Positions 13,008-25,518 of a stretch of DNA of 64,000 nucleotides are shown in pieces (within the stretch, counting starts at the first letter, position 1; each line of letters begins with the position of its first letter). A program made the translations under genes and the position numbers. The stretch is from Cladosporium halotolerans (lineage: Eukaryota). The notes under the pieces are model-generated. The model was given only the letters and a program-made list of their open reading frames with translations. It was not told the origin of the DNA and did no database searches. The stretch lies in NCBI RefSeq assembly GCF_011745625.1, contig NW_027191467.1:248001-312000 (forward strand), written 5' to 3'.

Positions 13008-14229
13008 GGCGCCTTTTCTTTCAATTTAAGTGCAGCTGGTCTGTCATCCTTGCGCGCCAGGCCGATCCCAATGGACACTTCATCCTGTCAATATACCAGT
13101 TTAGCTTGCATATTGCCGAATGGGTTTCACGTGGATACATCGAATCAATTCGGCCTGGCATTGATGATATGAGCAAAAGTGACCACTGCCAGCACGTCAC
13201 AAAAGGGCCGAGTTTGAAGAGACTTCAGACGATAATATTCTTCTGCGATATCAGTGACTACCTAAATGAACATGCAACGAATAATTAGACCAAGTATAGC
13301 AGGTACCTAATGAGCGCTATCAAACGCGAGACCAACTCAGGTGCCGGTGAACGCAACCCCCTTTCTCAACACAGGCCGATTGGAGTCGTCCTCCAAACCT
13401 CAAAGGCTGATGACTCCCAGGTCGCCAACAATCTCCTCACGTTCAAAGCTCCAGACCTGAGAGCTGTAGCGTGTTTGATCGGCACCCGGCTCTCCATGTT
13501 CCCCCACATGGTCTGGTCTGGCCTGGCATCTGAATCATGCAGACCCACCGTCAAATTTATTGATCGGCGGGCGAATATTCGGCACGCTTTTGGTCATGAA
13601 CTTTACTTCCTTAGTCAACTCCACGTGCCTGTCTCTAGCGTACGGCTGCAGATTGTTGTAGATATTACGGAGTTGTCTTTGCTTCTGCCAAGCGGCTTCA
13701 GCATCCACAGTCGACCTAGCTCTGATTACGAGCAACGCCAGCCGCCTGTCAGTTATTTAGTGCGCTTGTACTGAATCGATGGGTGCCTGACAGGATAACA
13801 TGCGTGGTCTTGAGGATCCTTCAAATTAGGAATGCATTCAATGAGGCTGACAAGGTGAATTCGAAGATGTGAACACCATGTGTGTGGGAACGAAGCATTT
13901 GTTCAGCTGCGCTGAATCGCGACTTGAGTACTGCCAGTCTTCTCCTAACCGGGTCATTGCCAATGTCGTTATACTATGATCATCGCCATTGCAGCAATAC
14001 GCGAAACTGACCGTTGGGTTTCAAGAAAGCGTACACGCACGGAGGTCCATTCCCGCACATTAAGTCAATGCATAGGACTGTAGACACGAGTTCGCGCACG
14101 CTCGCTGCAAGTGGTCGGTGTAGGGATGAAGGGATCAGCATAAGTGAGCCCAAATGCCCTCCGTCCACTTGGGGAAGCCTCCTAACCATCCTTTTCATTA
14201 CGCTCCTTCGATAACTTTCGTTCTGCAAT

Positions 14230-15564
14230 ATGAAGCTTACTGCCATCTCGCTTCTTGTGAGCTCCACCGCCGCATTTCCGGCGCTGCTCAATCTTAAGGG
14301 CAACGAAAAGCTGCTCGACACCTCAGTGCTTGACTTGAACAAGCACAAGGCAAAAAAGAACATTTACCCTGCCGCTGATCCTAAGAACTGCCCCTTTAAT
14401 CCCGACCACGTACCCGCGGCACCGTGGAATGCAAGCTTTCCTTACAACCATGCGAATAATGGTCTGCCAGGGAAAGGCAAAGGCGGCTACCAGGTCCCTG
14501 CTCCGGGCGATGAGGAGCACAGGTTCATCCACCCGACTGCCACTGACATCCGCGGACCGTAAGCCAACCCTTCTGTCATGGTTCTCTGGAAATCGACACT
14601 GACGCTTGTTGTAGTTGCCCGGGGATGAACATGCTTGCCAACCATGGCTTCATCGCCCGTGATGGTATCACCGACCTGGCAGAGGTGACTGACGCCTGCC
14701 AAAACGTCTTCAATATGGGCTGGGACCTCGCCAACGTCATCTCCCTTGTTGCCCTCGTCCTCGGTGACGGCGACATCGTCTCCAGAAAGTTCTCCATTGG
14801 TTGCGATGCTACCAACCGCACCGCCGCAGCCCCACAAGTCGCAGGCAGCCAGCCCGGTTTGAACGGACATAACAACTTCGAAGCCGACGCCTCGATGGGC
14901 AGAGATGATTTCTTCCTCAACGAAGGGGACAACTAGTCTGAACGGCACCAAATTTGGCATGATGGTCGAAGCCACCGAGGGCCAGTTCAACATCTCCGGC
15001 CTCTCGCGCTACCGCCATCAGCGCTGGCACCAGAGCCAGCAGGAGAACCCGAACTTCTTCTTTGGCCCGGCTGGCCTGCTCCTCTACGGAGACGCCGCGT
15101 TCTTGCCTGAGCTCTACGCCTCCGGAAGCAAGGATTACAAGCCCGACGTGGAGACCATCTCGACTTTCTTTGGCGCGCACCAGAACCCCGACGGCACCTG
15201 GTTCTACGCGCGCAACGAGACGATCCCGGAGAACTTCATCAACCGCGTGGAGCCGTACGGGCTGAAAGACGAGCTGAACGCCATCCTCAGCATGTACCTC
15301 GAGAACCCGGTCCTGTTCGGCGGCAACACGGCTAAGGGCAAGTTCGACACTATCAATTTCGGCGCGATCAAGGACGGCAAGATCGAGGCCGGCGTCAGCA
15401 TAGATGAGGCTCTGTGCTTGATCTTTCAGCTTCTGACGGCACCTATGCCGGGTCTTCTGAATGGTGTTGCTGGACTGGCGACCGGTGCGCTCGAGCTTGT
15501 CCTTTCTAGTGTCGGCGATATCTTCAAGGACCTGGGTTGCCCGGCGCCTTTGAATGGGGCTTAG
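14230..15564 (+). CDS. Secreted heme-thiolate peroxidase (unspecific peroxygenase/chloroperoxidase family); frameshift at about 14934
   Basis: Signal peptide; DIRGP|CPGMNMLANHG proximal-Cys motif split by intron 14559-14614; HNNFEADASMGRDD; SQQENPNFFFGP. The frame breaks at GAC AAC T|AGT CTG AAC. Confidence 0.88.
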
Positions 15565-16355
15565 AGGCCAGGAGAGCCCATCGCCGGACTAGCGACTCGA
15601 AGTACAACGTAAGAACATGTAGCTTTACCTTCTCTTCCACCCGTCTGAAAAGTCAGCCCTGCCCTGAAATACTTAGTATACACCATTCCCATTCCAAGAA
15701 AGCGTTGGAAAGGGAGATGGCTGGATCGGATGCGAATCACTTTTGCAAATATAACCTGTCAACAATACACAACAATTTTTCTCGACAGGGCTCCCACAGC
15801 TGTAGTCTAGGCGCCACAGCTCTGATCAGCCCAGACGAGGTATGACATGCATGCTCGTCGCGGCCGTGGGTCTCGTCTCCCGCGCTTCCCCACATCCATC
15901 GACCATCATCGCGCATCCAACGATCTCATCGTACAGAAGCGCCAATTGGCAAGACAGACTCACAACCGTGGCCAGCATCCAATTGATACACCGACTTAAT
16001 ACCACGTCGATTCTGCAACCGCGAACTCTCGCAGGCGTGCGCCACGCGAGGCGGCCGCGCACGACGTTGCGTGACGAGAGTTCGAGTCCGTAAGTTCTGG
16101 CCCAGGGCCCGCTGCCATCGAGAGCTCAGGGCAATGACGTTGTGCTGGCATGCATGCATGCGCAGCTCTCTACTCGCCGTATCCCTACCCCGTGGCTGGC
16201 GGGAGAGGGCATGGGTGGGAAACCTGTTTCTCATGCGGAGAGCTCTCCTGTCTTCCTACTCGTATATTACCTCGTGTCCTCTTAGCTTGACTTTTGTTTT
16301 TATGCTATTGAGCGTTCTGGTGCAATTGCTTTGCTGCTATTGGATTCTAAGGAAA

Positions 16356-18622
16356 ATGGAAGACCTTAAGAAACAGACTGCTGGCTTGGAAGGTATGTCT
16401 TTTGTTGGAGCTCTGATGTAGACGCGGTGTGGTCTATGCTGCTGGAATGGCACGGTCCTGACCAGACTCGTGGAACGCGAGCCTGGCACTTGGGATCATG
16501 GAACCCACCTGCTCTCAAGCAGCATACCCTTCGAGCAAATGCCACGTCACTCTAGAGGGAACAGCTGGCTAACCCATCACCTCTCAGACGGCATGTCGAA
16601 GATCAGCATGGTAGACAACGACATCAAGTCCGCGCCCAAAAAGACCCCCCAAAAGCTAGGCAACAAAGCAGCCGGCAGCACGCCCGCAAAGAGCGGTGGT
16701 TCGACACCCGCCAAATCCACACCCGCGAAGGCCACGCCCGCAAAGGCCGCGTCCGGCGCAACCGGCACAGCCAAGACCGCTGCCAACAAGACCCCCGTCA
16801 AGAAAGCCCCCGCCGCCGCCAACGGCGCGACCTCGACGGCCAAGAGCACCGCGGGCTCAGCAGCGAAGCCCGCCCGCTCGGTCATCGGTTCGAAGAAGCC
16901 CATCCAGTCTGCGCCGGAGCCTTCGAGGAAGAAGCCCGCTGCTGCGGGCGACGTGACGAACGGCGTGCAGAAGACTGCTGGCTCGGCGACGGGCGCTGTC
17001 AAGAAGCCCGGCGCGACGGCCAAGGACCCTGTTGGCTCGGTGCAGAAGACGGCTGGGCAGGCGCAGAAGACTGCTGGCGGGGCGACCGATCAGGTCCAGA
17101 AGACTGCTGGGGCTGCGACTGGTAAGGCTCCGGCGCCGGTCAAGAAGACTGCTGGGCAGGTTGGCGGGACTGCGCAGAAGGGAGTTGGTGCTGGTGAGTT
17201 GGCAATGCTCATTTCGACATGAATGTAGTGCTAACATCGGTCTTCAGCTGGCGACACAGCCCAGAAAGGCACCGGTCAAGCGTCCAAAGCCCTGAACAAA
17301 ACGACCAACACCGCCGGCCAAGGCGTCAACAAGACGACCGACACCGCAGGCCAGGGCGTCAACAAGACCGTAGGAACCGCGACAGGTACGTCCGTGTCCG
17401 TGCCCGCGCCGCAGGGCCGCAACCCAGACGAGATCGCGCAGTGGCTGCCCGAGTGGCTCACGTGCAGATGGAAGGCCGCGGACGAAGCGCGGCGGTGATT
17501 GGGATGGGGCAGGCTGCTCTCTCAAAAAAACGTGTCAAATGCTGATGATGCTGCTTCGTCAGGCAAACTCGACCAGGCGACTGGCGGCAGGAGCGCGCCG
17601 GTGACGAAGAAGGTCGGCCAGACGACTCAGGGCGCTACCAAGACGGCTGGCGATGCTGGGCAGGCTGCCACGTCGACTGCTAGCAAGACGGGCAAGAATG
17701 TCGGTAATGCTGCGACGGGTGCTGTTGGCAACCTGAAGAAGACCGGTACCGATACTGCTGGTGCTGCTTCTCGTGGTGATATCAAGGGTACGCTGGGCGG
17801 AGCTGCCAAGGGAACTGGACAGACAGTCAGTGGTGTTGGAAGCGGTGCTGGAAAGACCGTGAACGATGCTGGCGATGGCGCGAACAAGCTTGTCGGGGGT
17901 GCCGGAAAGAATCTTGGTAAGGGAGCGTGGTACACTCCATCTCCAGAATTATCTGACCAGGTGAACAGGCAACACCATCGGCGGCCCTGCCGGTAAGGCC
18001 ATCGGCAACACAACCGGCAACGCAGGCAAGACACTCTCTAAGACCACGTCCGGAGTCGGCAAAACTGTGGGAGACACCACTGGTGCGCTCGGAAAGGGCG
18101 ACGTCAAGGGCGTGGCTTCGGGAGCCACTGGCGGAGTCGGAAACACAGTCTCTGGCGCTGGCAGCGGAGCCGGAGGCGCTGTTGAAGGTCTCGGCGACAG
18201 TGTGACCGGCGCTCTCCCCGGCGGTGGTGGAAGAGTTGGCTCGGCTGTTGGCGGTGTCACGAAGGGTGTCGGTATGTTTGAGCTCTGTGTTTGGACCTGA
18301 GGAACAGTTTCACTGACAAGTGCGAACAGGTGGTACCGTGAGCAATGTCACAGGTGGTGTGGGTGACGGCGTCGGCAAGCTAGGCAAGGGCGATGTGATC
18401 GGCGGCGTCGGCTCGACCGTTGGAGGCGTTGGTATGTACTGTCCCGAATTGATGCCGATAGAGAGAGCGAATACTGACAGCTGTGAAGGCAAGGGACTGG
18501 GCTCTCTGGGCTCAGGTGTCGTTGGTGGCCTCACCGGAAAGGGAGGCAAGAAAGCCGAGCCTGAAGGCGATGAGGAAGAAAGCGACAGTGATCGCCAGCA
18601 GAACAGCGGATTCTTCGGTTAA
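16356..18622 (+). CDS. Gly/Ala/Thr/Lys-rich 11-mer repeat protein (LEA-like), 7 exons, about 557 aa
   Basis: Exons 16356-16392, 16588-17193, 17248-17385, 17563-17916, 17969-18271, 18330-18431 and 18489-18622 total 1674 nt with GT..AG boundaries and branch-site motifs. Repeats such as NKTTNTAGQGV NKTTDTAGQGV. Confidence 0.8.
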
Positions 18623-19106
18623 ATAAAGCTGGGGCGTACACATAATTGACGATGGAACGCTGAGATGTACGATATCTGATCGAAATTTATGGTTAGCGTC
18701 ATGAGAATACGGGTGGATTAAAAGCATGAATGTTAATTCTTAGAGCCTCAGAACTCGTTCATCAGTGATATTCGCGCCAGCGTGGAGTATTCGCAGTGTG
18801 CTGTGGTATTGACGTTGTCGAATCGTGATTTCAAGCGCATTCTGGGAGGTCTCGTCTCCCGCACGCTCCTTGATTGATACAGTAATATACAGTCCCGGGC
18901 TTGTCGACTGTGCCCGGCCTCATAAATCCAACACTCGCCTTGTGAACTCCCATTTTGATGCTCGCTGAAATGCAAATCCCTCTGCTGCACGACGCCCTCA
19001 CGCCGGGTATCAAAGGCTCCCACTCTTGCTTCGTTCAGCGCCTGACAGCCATTAAATTCTCGTCTCTGGCTTCATTGACTTTTCATCCAACGTTGCAAGA
19101 CATCCT

Positions 19107-19702
19107 TCAGTGAACAATGTTCACACCCAAGCTGCCCGCCTGAGCAACAATGCTCTTGACAATTCCCTCCAAAGGCTGCCCGCTCAGTCTCACCTCCGAG
19201 TGCTTGATCTTCGCGATCTCGTACACGTGCTTCAAGCTGATCTCGCCAACCGAACCAGTTCCAGCCATGCCGGGCGCGGCGCTGTGGTTGAAGGAAGCCT
19301 TGCCTTTGCCATCAGTTCCTGCTTTGCTGTTCGGGCCAGCAACATTTCCGGCGCCGCGGACTTTGTTCTTCGTCGCTTTCACACCGGCGGCGGCAAGGAG
19401 GAGCTGTGCAGTGGGAGGCGTGCGGATCTCGAAGTGGAAGCTGCGATCGGGACGGACGGTGACGCGCGCGGGTACGGGTGTGCCGGGGACATAGTTTGCT
19501 GTGCGGGCATTGAACTCCTGGAAGCATGGCGGTCAGCGCAAGCGCATGGTGTAGGGTACCAACACACACATACCTTGCAGAAGTCCATGGACTTGACACC
19601 CTTGGAGCCCAGAGCCGGACCGACGGGCGGCGAGGGCGATGCCTGGCCGGCGCCGACAATGAGCTTGACGATCTGGTCGTTTGCGAGCGCCTTGCGTGCC
19701 AT
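19107..19702 (-). CDS. MRPL19: Mitochondrial 54S ribosomal protein uL11m (yeast Mrpl19)
   Basis: [49 protein letters not shown]. One intron at about 19518-19573. Confidence 0.96.
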
Positions 19703-20502
19703 GGTGGATGCTCTGGTGTGTATCTGGCCGCTCACATGCGCCGCCTCCAGACGAAGTCCTACCAATGCCGCAACTTCCTAACGCGGACGTGCGGCCAGCC
19801 GGAGGTGCCCTGGAATCACGTGATGATCGCTCCAACTCCAGCCGAGGGCGGTCCCGCAGACGTCGGACGCCAAAGCTTGGGGGTGGGGACATGCGGCGAC
19901 AACTGGAGGGATCCCTGTCTATACCGCACCCATCACAACCTTCACTCCTTCGCCTTGCAGGCCAGTGGTGACGCCGCCGCAGCTAATCATGGCGCACTCG
20001 CGGATCCGGTCGTCAGCGTGTGCCCGGCTGTCCCATCTGTCGGGTGCGGCTTGCGCCTCTTCTGCACCAGCTGCATGACATGCGGCACGCGGACTCGCGC
20101 CAGCACATCGTCGTCTCCAACCACAGGCCCACCCCTGAGCACTGGCCGTATCTTCGTCCAACCCCGGTCGCCGTTCGCGTTTCACGGCTGCTGCTGCTGT
20201 GAGACACGCCGACGCCCTCTCATTGTTGGGGCCACCTCTACCTGCCCGTAGCTGTTTGCCCCTTCCAATCCACCCTGCATCGCCCGGCCGGCCTGGTGTG
20301 CTCGCGCGCTGCTGGCTCTGCTGCGCTGTCCTACCTTTCCCGTTGCATGCCGGAGTAGCCCTCTCGCCCTCCGTCTGGTACGCTTACAGGCCAGCCCGCA
20401 TGGCTGACGAAAGGGTGTTTGGCGTGGTCGCGAGGCAGTGGATTCTGAATCTGTAGAGATACCCAAGAGGCTTTTGACGCGTTTCTGGGGCGCGGAGACG
20501 GC

Positions 20503-22737
20503 ATGGTAAGTGCGCTTTTCTATTCTCGGGCCCTTCTTTCACCGCTCTAGAAGCATCGCATACCTTCATCCCACCTTTTTGTCTGTCGGACTGACGCCTG
20601 TGCCACTGCATAGACTGGACGGTCCACATCTTCTGTGCCACTCGGCGCCGCGGTCTCAGAGCATATGAGGGAGCAGCCTGGCGCTGGAGACGAGCCAGGT
20701 GCCCGCAGCCGGGTTTCAACTTCCAAAGAGCCAAGCCGCCCCGCCTCTGAATGGGTTGATGTCGACGAAGACCGACCCAGGAGACGCCGTAAGTCCAGAC
20801 AGCCGGTCTATGAGGATAGCAAGACGGATCGCTTGGGAAAGACGAAGCATTCGAGTAACGTCAGCGCCGACATTGGACGCTTTCTTCCTAAATTGAGTCG
20901 CATACTCGAATCAGCCGACACGAATAGTCGAAACACGCAAAGCATATATGGGACCAGGCCCAGTAACAGAGATACTGAGGAGAAGTCTCGCACTAGTCGA
21001 CATAGAGAATCCTCAGACTCCAATCACCGCCATCCAGCGAGGCGGAAGGTCACCGGCGCCCAGCGCAGATCCGAGCCAATCCCCAGGATCAATCCATCAT
21101 TAGTATCGCTTCTATCTAGCCTTACCACCGTATCCGACAGGTCAAGTGGCAGCAATTCTACCATAACTCAACGATCGTACGATCGTCAAAGAGGATTCAC
21201 CTCACGTGCAGATACAGCCGGATCGGAGAAGGCCAAAACGGCAAAACCTTCCAATCTCAGCACCATGTCGCGCTCAAAATCTCCGAATGTCTTTGACTAT
21301 ATGGAGGATCCATCTGTGGTCGACGAGCACAATGGCAAGTCTGCAAAGTCACCTGCGTCATCTGTCTCGTCGCGATACCAAGGTTCCGACGCCGGATCAA
21401 GTGAGGGGCCGGCGACGCCTTCTTCAAGATCCACGATGCCGTCGCCTACCACCTCACGTAATCCAGGTGTCAGCGTAGCCGAGCTGCGTAGAAAATATGA
21501 TCAAGACTTCAATGGAGCCACCACCCAACCAGTCAGCGGATCTCCAGGTATGGTCTCATCTACGCTCAACGCTCAGAAAGAACGATACTCCAGTGGGGCC
21601 AGCGACCAACGGAGTGATAATGGAAGCACCGCCTCCCCATCCATGGCTTCTTCAATACCAGAGTTAGATGGAAATCGTCGACGGTCGTCTCACACCTCAC
21701 TTCGCGCACTGGATGCCGAGCAACGTCTGAAGCAACGAGAGCAAGAAATGCGCGAACACATGGCTTTCACGCAGCATCCCTACGCCTACGAATTCACGTC
21801 ACCACCTGAAGCGTCTGATCACGATGATTCTCAAGCGCCAGATTCCGCAACCCCAGCTACCCACCAGGCACTCCAACACTACATCCACCATCCCGTCCCA
21901 ACCAGACCAATACCAGCCAACGTAGTTCGATCAACCCCCTCACCATCTTGCACAACTCACCCACCGGCGCCAAACCCACCTCACGTCCCCGAAGCCCCCG
22001 ACCTAAGCAAAACCACCCTAGCCGGCTACGAGCTCCTCGCCACCCACCTCGCACCCCCAACCTCCTCCACCAGCACAACCACAGCGGAACCACACCTAAC
22101 CCCCCTCTACCGCAAATTCACCCACCTCCACCACCGCATCCTCCTCCACCTCCAAGACGAGCTCGCCGAAATGGAATCCCAGCTCCGCGTCCTCGACGAA
22201 ATCGTCGCCCAGACCTACACCTCCCCGCCCAATCCCGACCCCGCCCACCACGAAAAGCAAACCCAGCACCACCCCGCCTCCCGCCGCGCCGAATCCCACC
22301 CCCACACCCCGCCCATCTTCGCCCACCGCACCGCCCTGCTCGGCCGCATCTTCCTCAAAAAGCAACAGTACCACGCCGCGCTGCGCGATTTCGCCGCGCT
22401 CGAGCGCGACTCCCGGCCCGCTGAGAGCGGCGAGGTCGCGGCCTACCGCGCTTTTCTCAAGGATCGCGCGCCGGTTTGCGAGGGCGAGGCGGCGTTTTTG
22501 GGCAAGGGGGATCTGGTCGTGCCCGGTTCGCTTGAGAGGGAGGCTGGTGGGGCAAGGGAGAGGGAGAGGGACGGTGTTCTGTGGGAGCAGACGGCGTTTC
22601 TCGCGGCGCTGCTGGTGCTGCCGCTGGTGATTTCGGTTGCGCTGCCGGATTTGGGGGCGAGGGTTGCGGCGACCGGGTTGTTGGGGGCTGGGGCGGGGTT
22701 GGTGGTTTGGGGGGCGAGGGTTAGGGGGAGGGGGTGA
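20503..22737 (+). CDS. DUF6594-like protein with a long Ser/Arg-rich disordered N-terminus and C-terminal hydrophobic helices
   Basis: ATG-only first coding exon (20503-20505) and intron 20506-20613 in frame with the 700-aa ORF. LAGYELLA...LYRKFTHLHHRILLHLQDELAEMESQLRVLD motif. Confidence 0.75.
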
Positions 22738-24165
22738 GGGGGAGGAGAGGGAATGAGGGGGAGGAGGGGAAAACTTCTCCTTGTGGGAGGGAGGATGATG
22801 GAGATAATAACGATGATGATGACGATGACGATGGTGATTTTGCTGCGTTTGGGAGTCTGAGCGTTTGGGAGCGAAGCGTGCGTCGCGGGTTCTCTCTATT
22901 CTTGCTTTGATTCTGGTTTGTTTCCTCGATGCCCTTTCTACGACTTCGATACCCCTTTCCTTTTCTCTTCTCCCCTGTCCTGCGTTTCAAGTCTGAGCAA
23001 TGCGGGTAATGGACGGCGAAGCGAGAGGAGCGGAGAGGTGGAAAAAAAGAGCGAACAAAAGCGAGAACATAGGTAGATACCTGCTTCTTTCGCGGGGACG
23101 GCAGTAATGCAGAGCGACAAAATGGAACACAGAGCACAAGTGTTAAAGTCACCCACTGCCCGAAGACCGTCGACGAGAGATTGTGGTCCGAACGCGAAAG
23201 GAAAAGTGAAACGTGAACCGCGAGAAAGCATGCAGTGCACAAGAACAACCCTCTCGTTTGTCCATCTGTATGTATTATTACCCTGCCCATTCATTCCCAT
23301 CGATGCGCACGCCAATCACTCGCCGTTCGGCATGCTCGTTCGTCTATCTATAATCTCCGGATTCCCCATGTCCCGTTGTCCTCAACAATTACAATTATGT
23401 CCTTTCCTTTGATACAATAGCGTCTCCGTCTCCACTTCGTCCCTCAACCCATCTTCTGCACAGAAATGCACAAAACCCCCATCTCTTCCCCACCCACGCG
23501 CCGAACAAAGCCAAAGCCACGGCTCAGCCCAAAGCTCTCGCTCGAGACCAGCGGCAGTGCTCTAGAATCTCTAGGCGTCGTCGCCGTCGTCCTCTCTCCA
23601 GCAATTGTCGCGTGCGTGCGCTCCCTCTTCCACCCCAAAACTCGCTTTCTTCCTCCCGCGCTAGCGCCGTGTTGCCCATCATCGCGCGGGAAGGGGAGTC
23701 GAGCTCTCGGGGCTGGTCTTCCGCTCGGTAGTGTTGTACAAGCGAGTGTGGTGGCTCGTCGTCGTGGATTTCGGTTCTCTCTCTCTCTTTCTTCGATTCG
23801 ATTCGATTTCCGCGGTGTCGCCGGTGTTGGGGGGATTTTTTTTACAAAAGTTTTACAGGTGTGTCGGGTGTCCACGAATTTGTTTGTCGGTTTGGCGAGT
23901 CGCCGGTCGGGGAATCGAATCGAAGAAGGTGGTGGTGGTGTCTATATTAAGGTTTGTGGTATTGTCGTTGTGGGTTGCGCCGTGGTGTCGTGCGGTGCGT
24001 TCGTCCGGTCGTCCGCGTGGGCTCGTGAGCTCAGTCGCACGTGAGTCGTTGACCGAACCGGGTTTCCCAGCCCAAAAACGCCCGCCGAAAGCCCATCGCC
24101 GCGTGACGTCGGAGGAGCGTGTCGTGAAATGATACCGTTCGTTAGCCAAGGCTCCTCGCCAGCAC

Positions 24166-25518
24166 CTAGCCCTTGATGCCCTCGCTATCGCTGCCACTAG
24201 CCAGGGTGTCGCCCTCCCAGCTCTCGTCGCCCGTGACCGGGCTCCTGAAACCCGTGGACGGACTCCTCGACGCCGGGCTGAAACTGGAGCTCGAGCCCAG
24301 CGTCCACTCGTCGCTGTCGCCCGCGAGCGCGGGGTAGGCCTCCTCGTCGAGGTCGCCGGCGAAGCCGTACGCGAAGGGCTGGCGGGCCTCGCCGCGCTCG
24401 ACGTACTCGTACTCCCAGCGGAAGGTCTTGCCGGGCTGCATGCGCGGGAGGAAGGCGGACTTGGCGACGAAGTAGACGGTGGCGCTGATGATGCCGCCCG
24501 CGACGAGGTCGACGGCGTAGTGGTGGTTGAGGTACATGGTGGCCCACCAGAGCCAGAGGGTGTAGAGGACGAAGAGCGGGCGCAGGCGCGGGAAGGCGTG
24601 CGCCATGAAGAGGGCTTCGATGGTGGCGCTGCCGGAGTGCAGGGAGGGGAAGGCGCCGAAGACGACGGGCGAGGCGGTGAAGGTCGAGGTGTACAGGTCG
24701 ATGTTGAAGAGCTTGTCGATCGCCGCGAGGCCGGCGGGGGACCCGGGCATGCTGTAGTCGGCGGGCGCGAGGCCGTACATGTTCTCGTACCAGGGCGGCG
24801 CGCAGGGGAAGCAGAGCTGGATGCTGACGCCGATGATGTTCATCCAGCCGAAGGCGCGGGCGAAGGTGGGAGTGGTGCCGGGCGGGCCGAAGATGAACAG
24901 GAGACCGGAGCAGACGAAGGGAGCGCCGAAGTGCGTGATTCCGTAGGGCAGCCAGGCCAGCACGTCGAAGAAGGTGCTCTTGTGCGCGGAGAGGATGTTG
25001 CTCAGGTTGGCGCCGTAGAGGATGTTCTCGAGCGCGGGAAGAACACGGACCCAGATGGGCGGGCGGTATTCACCGGAGATAAACTGACAGGCGTAGAAAA
25101 AGATCAGCCATCCCGCTATAGGCAGGAAAGGCAGGAAGAATTGCCGGGTCAGAGGTATCAGAAGGCTGAACATCAACAATGTGGCCACGAGGGTCTTGAC
25201 GAAAGGCCCAGGGCTTTGGATGACGCAGAGCGAGAAGATGCCGAGGATGGCAAGGAATATGTACTGTGCATCCCAGGGACTCCACTGGTGTCTCTTCAAG
25301 CTCCTCAGGGTATCGGCCGGGTTCAATGAGGTCTCCAGGCGGGTGATGGAGGTGGTGAGGTGGTGCTGGTTTCCCGACCGTAACCTCGTCCTCGTGGAGC
25401 GGAACTTGCGGCGCAGTCTGTGAGGGATGATCGCCGGGAGGGTGAGCGGGATCTTGCTGGTGGTGAAGAAGCGCTGGGTGGAGTCGTCGCCGCCGTTGAG
25501 GAAGTAGGAGGCTGCCAT
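24166..25518 (-). CDS. AUR1: Inositol phosphorylceramide synthase catalytic subunit (aureobasidin A target)
   Basis: RPPIWVRVLPALENILYGANLS, PCAPPWYENMYGL, FGAFPSLHSG, WATMYLNHHYAVDL. Intronless, 450 aa. Confidence 0.97.
   Translation of the reverse strand: MAASYFLNGGDDSTQRFFTTSKIPLTLPAIIPHRLRRKFRSTRTRLRSGNQHHLTTSITRLETSLNPADTLRSLKRHQWSPWDAQYIFLAILGIFSLCVIQSPGPFVKTLVATLLMFSLLIPLTRQFFLPFLPIAGWLIFFYACQFISGEYRPPIWVRVLPALENILYGANLSNILSAHKSTFFDVLAWLPYGITHFGAPFVCSGLLFIFGPPGTTPTFARAFGWMNIIGVSIQLCFPCAPPWYENMYGLAPADYSMPGSPAGLAAIDKLFNIDLYTSTFTASPVVFGAFPSLHSGSATIEALFMAHAFPRLRPLFVLYTLWLWWATMYLNHHYAVDLVAGGIISATVYFVAKSAFLPRMQPGKTFRWEYEYVERGEARQPFAYGFAGDLDEEAYPALAGDSDEWTLGSSSSFSPASRSPSTGFRSPVTGDESWEGDTLASGSDSEGIKG

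Noticed and set aside
13310..13780. 154-aa plus ORF and stop-interrupted minus-strand frame
   Set aside because: No recognisable motif, splice structure or codon bias; cannot be supported without a homology search.
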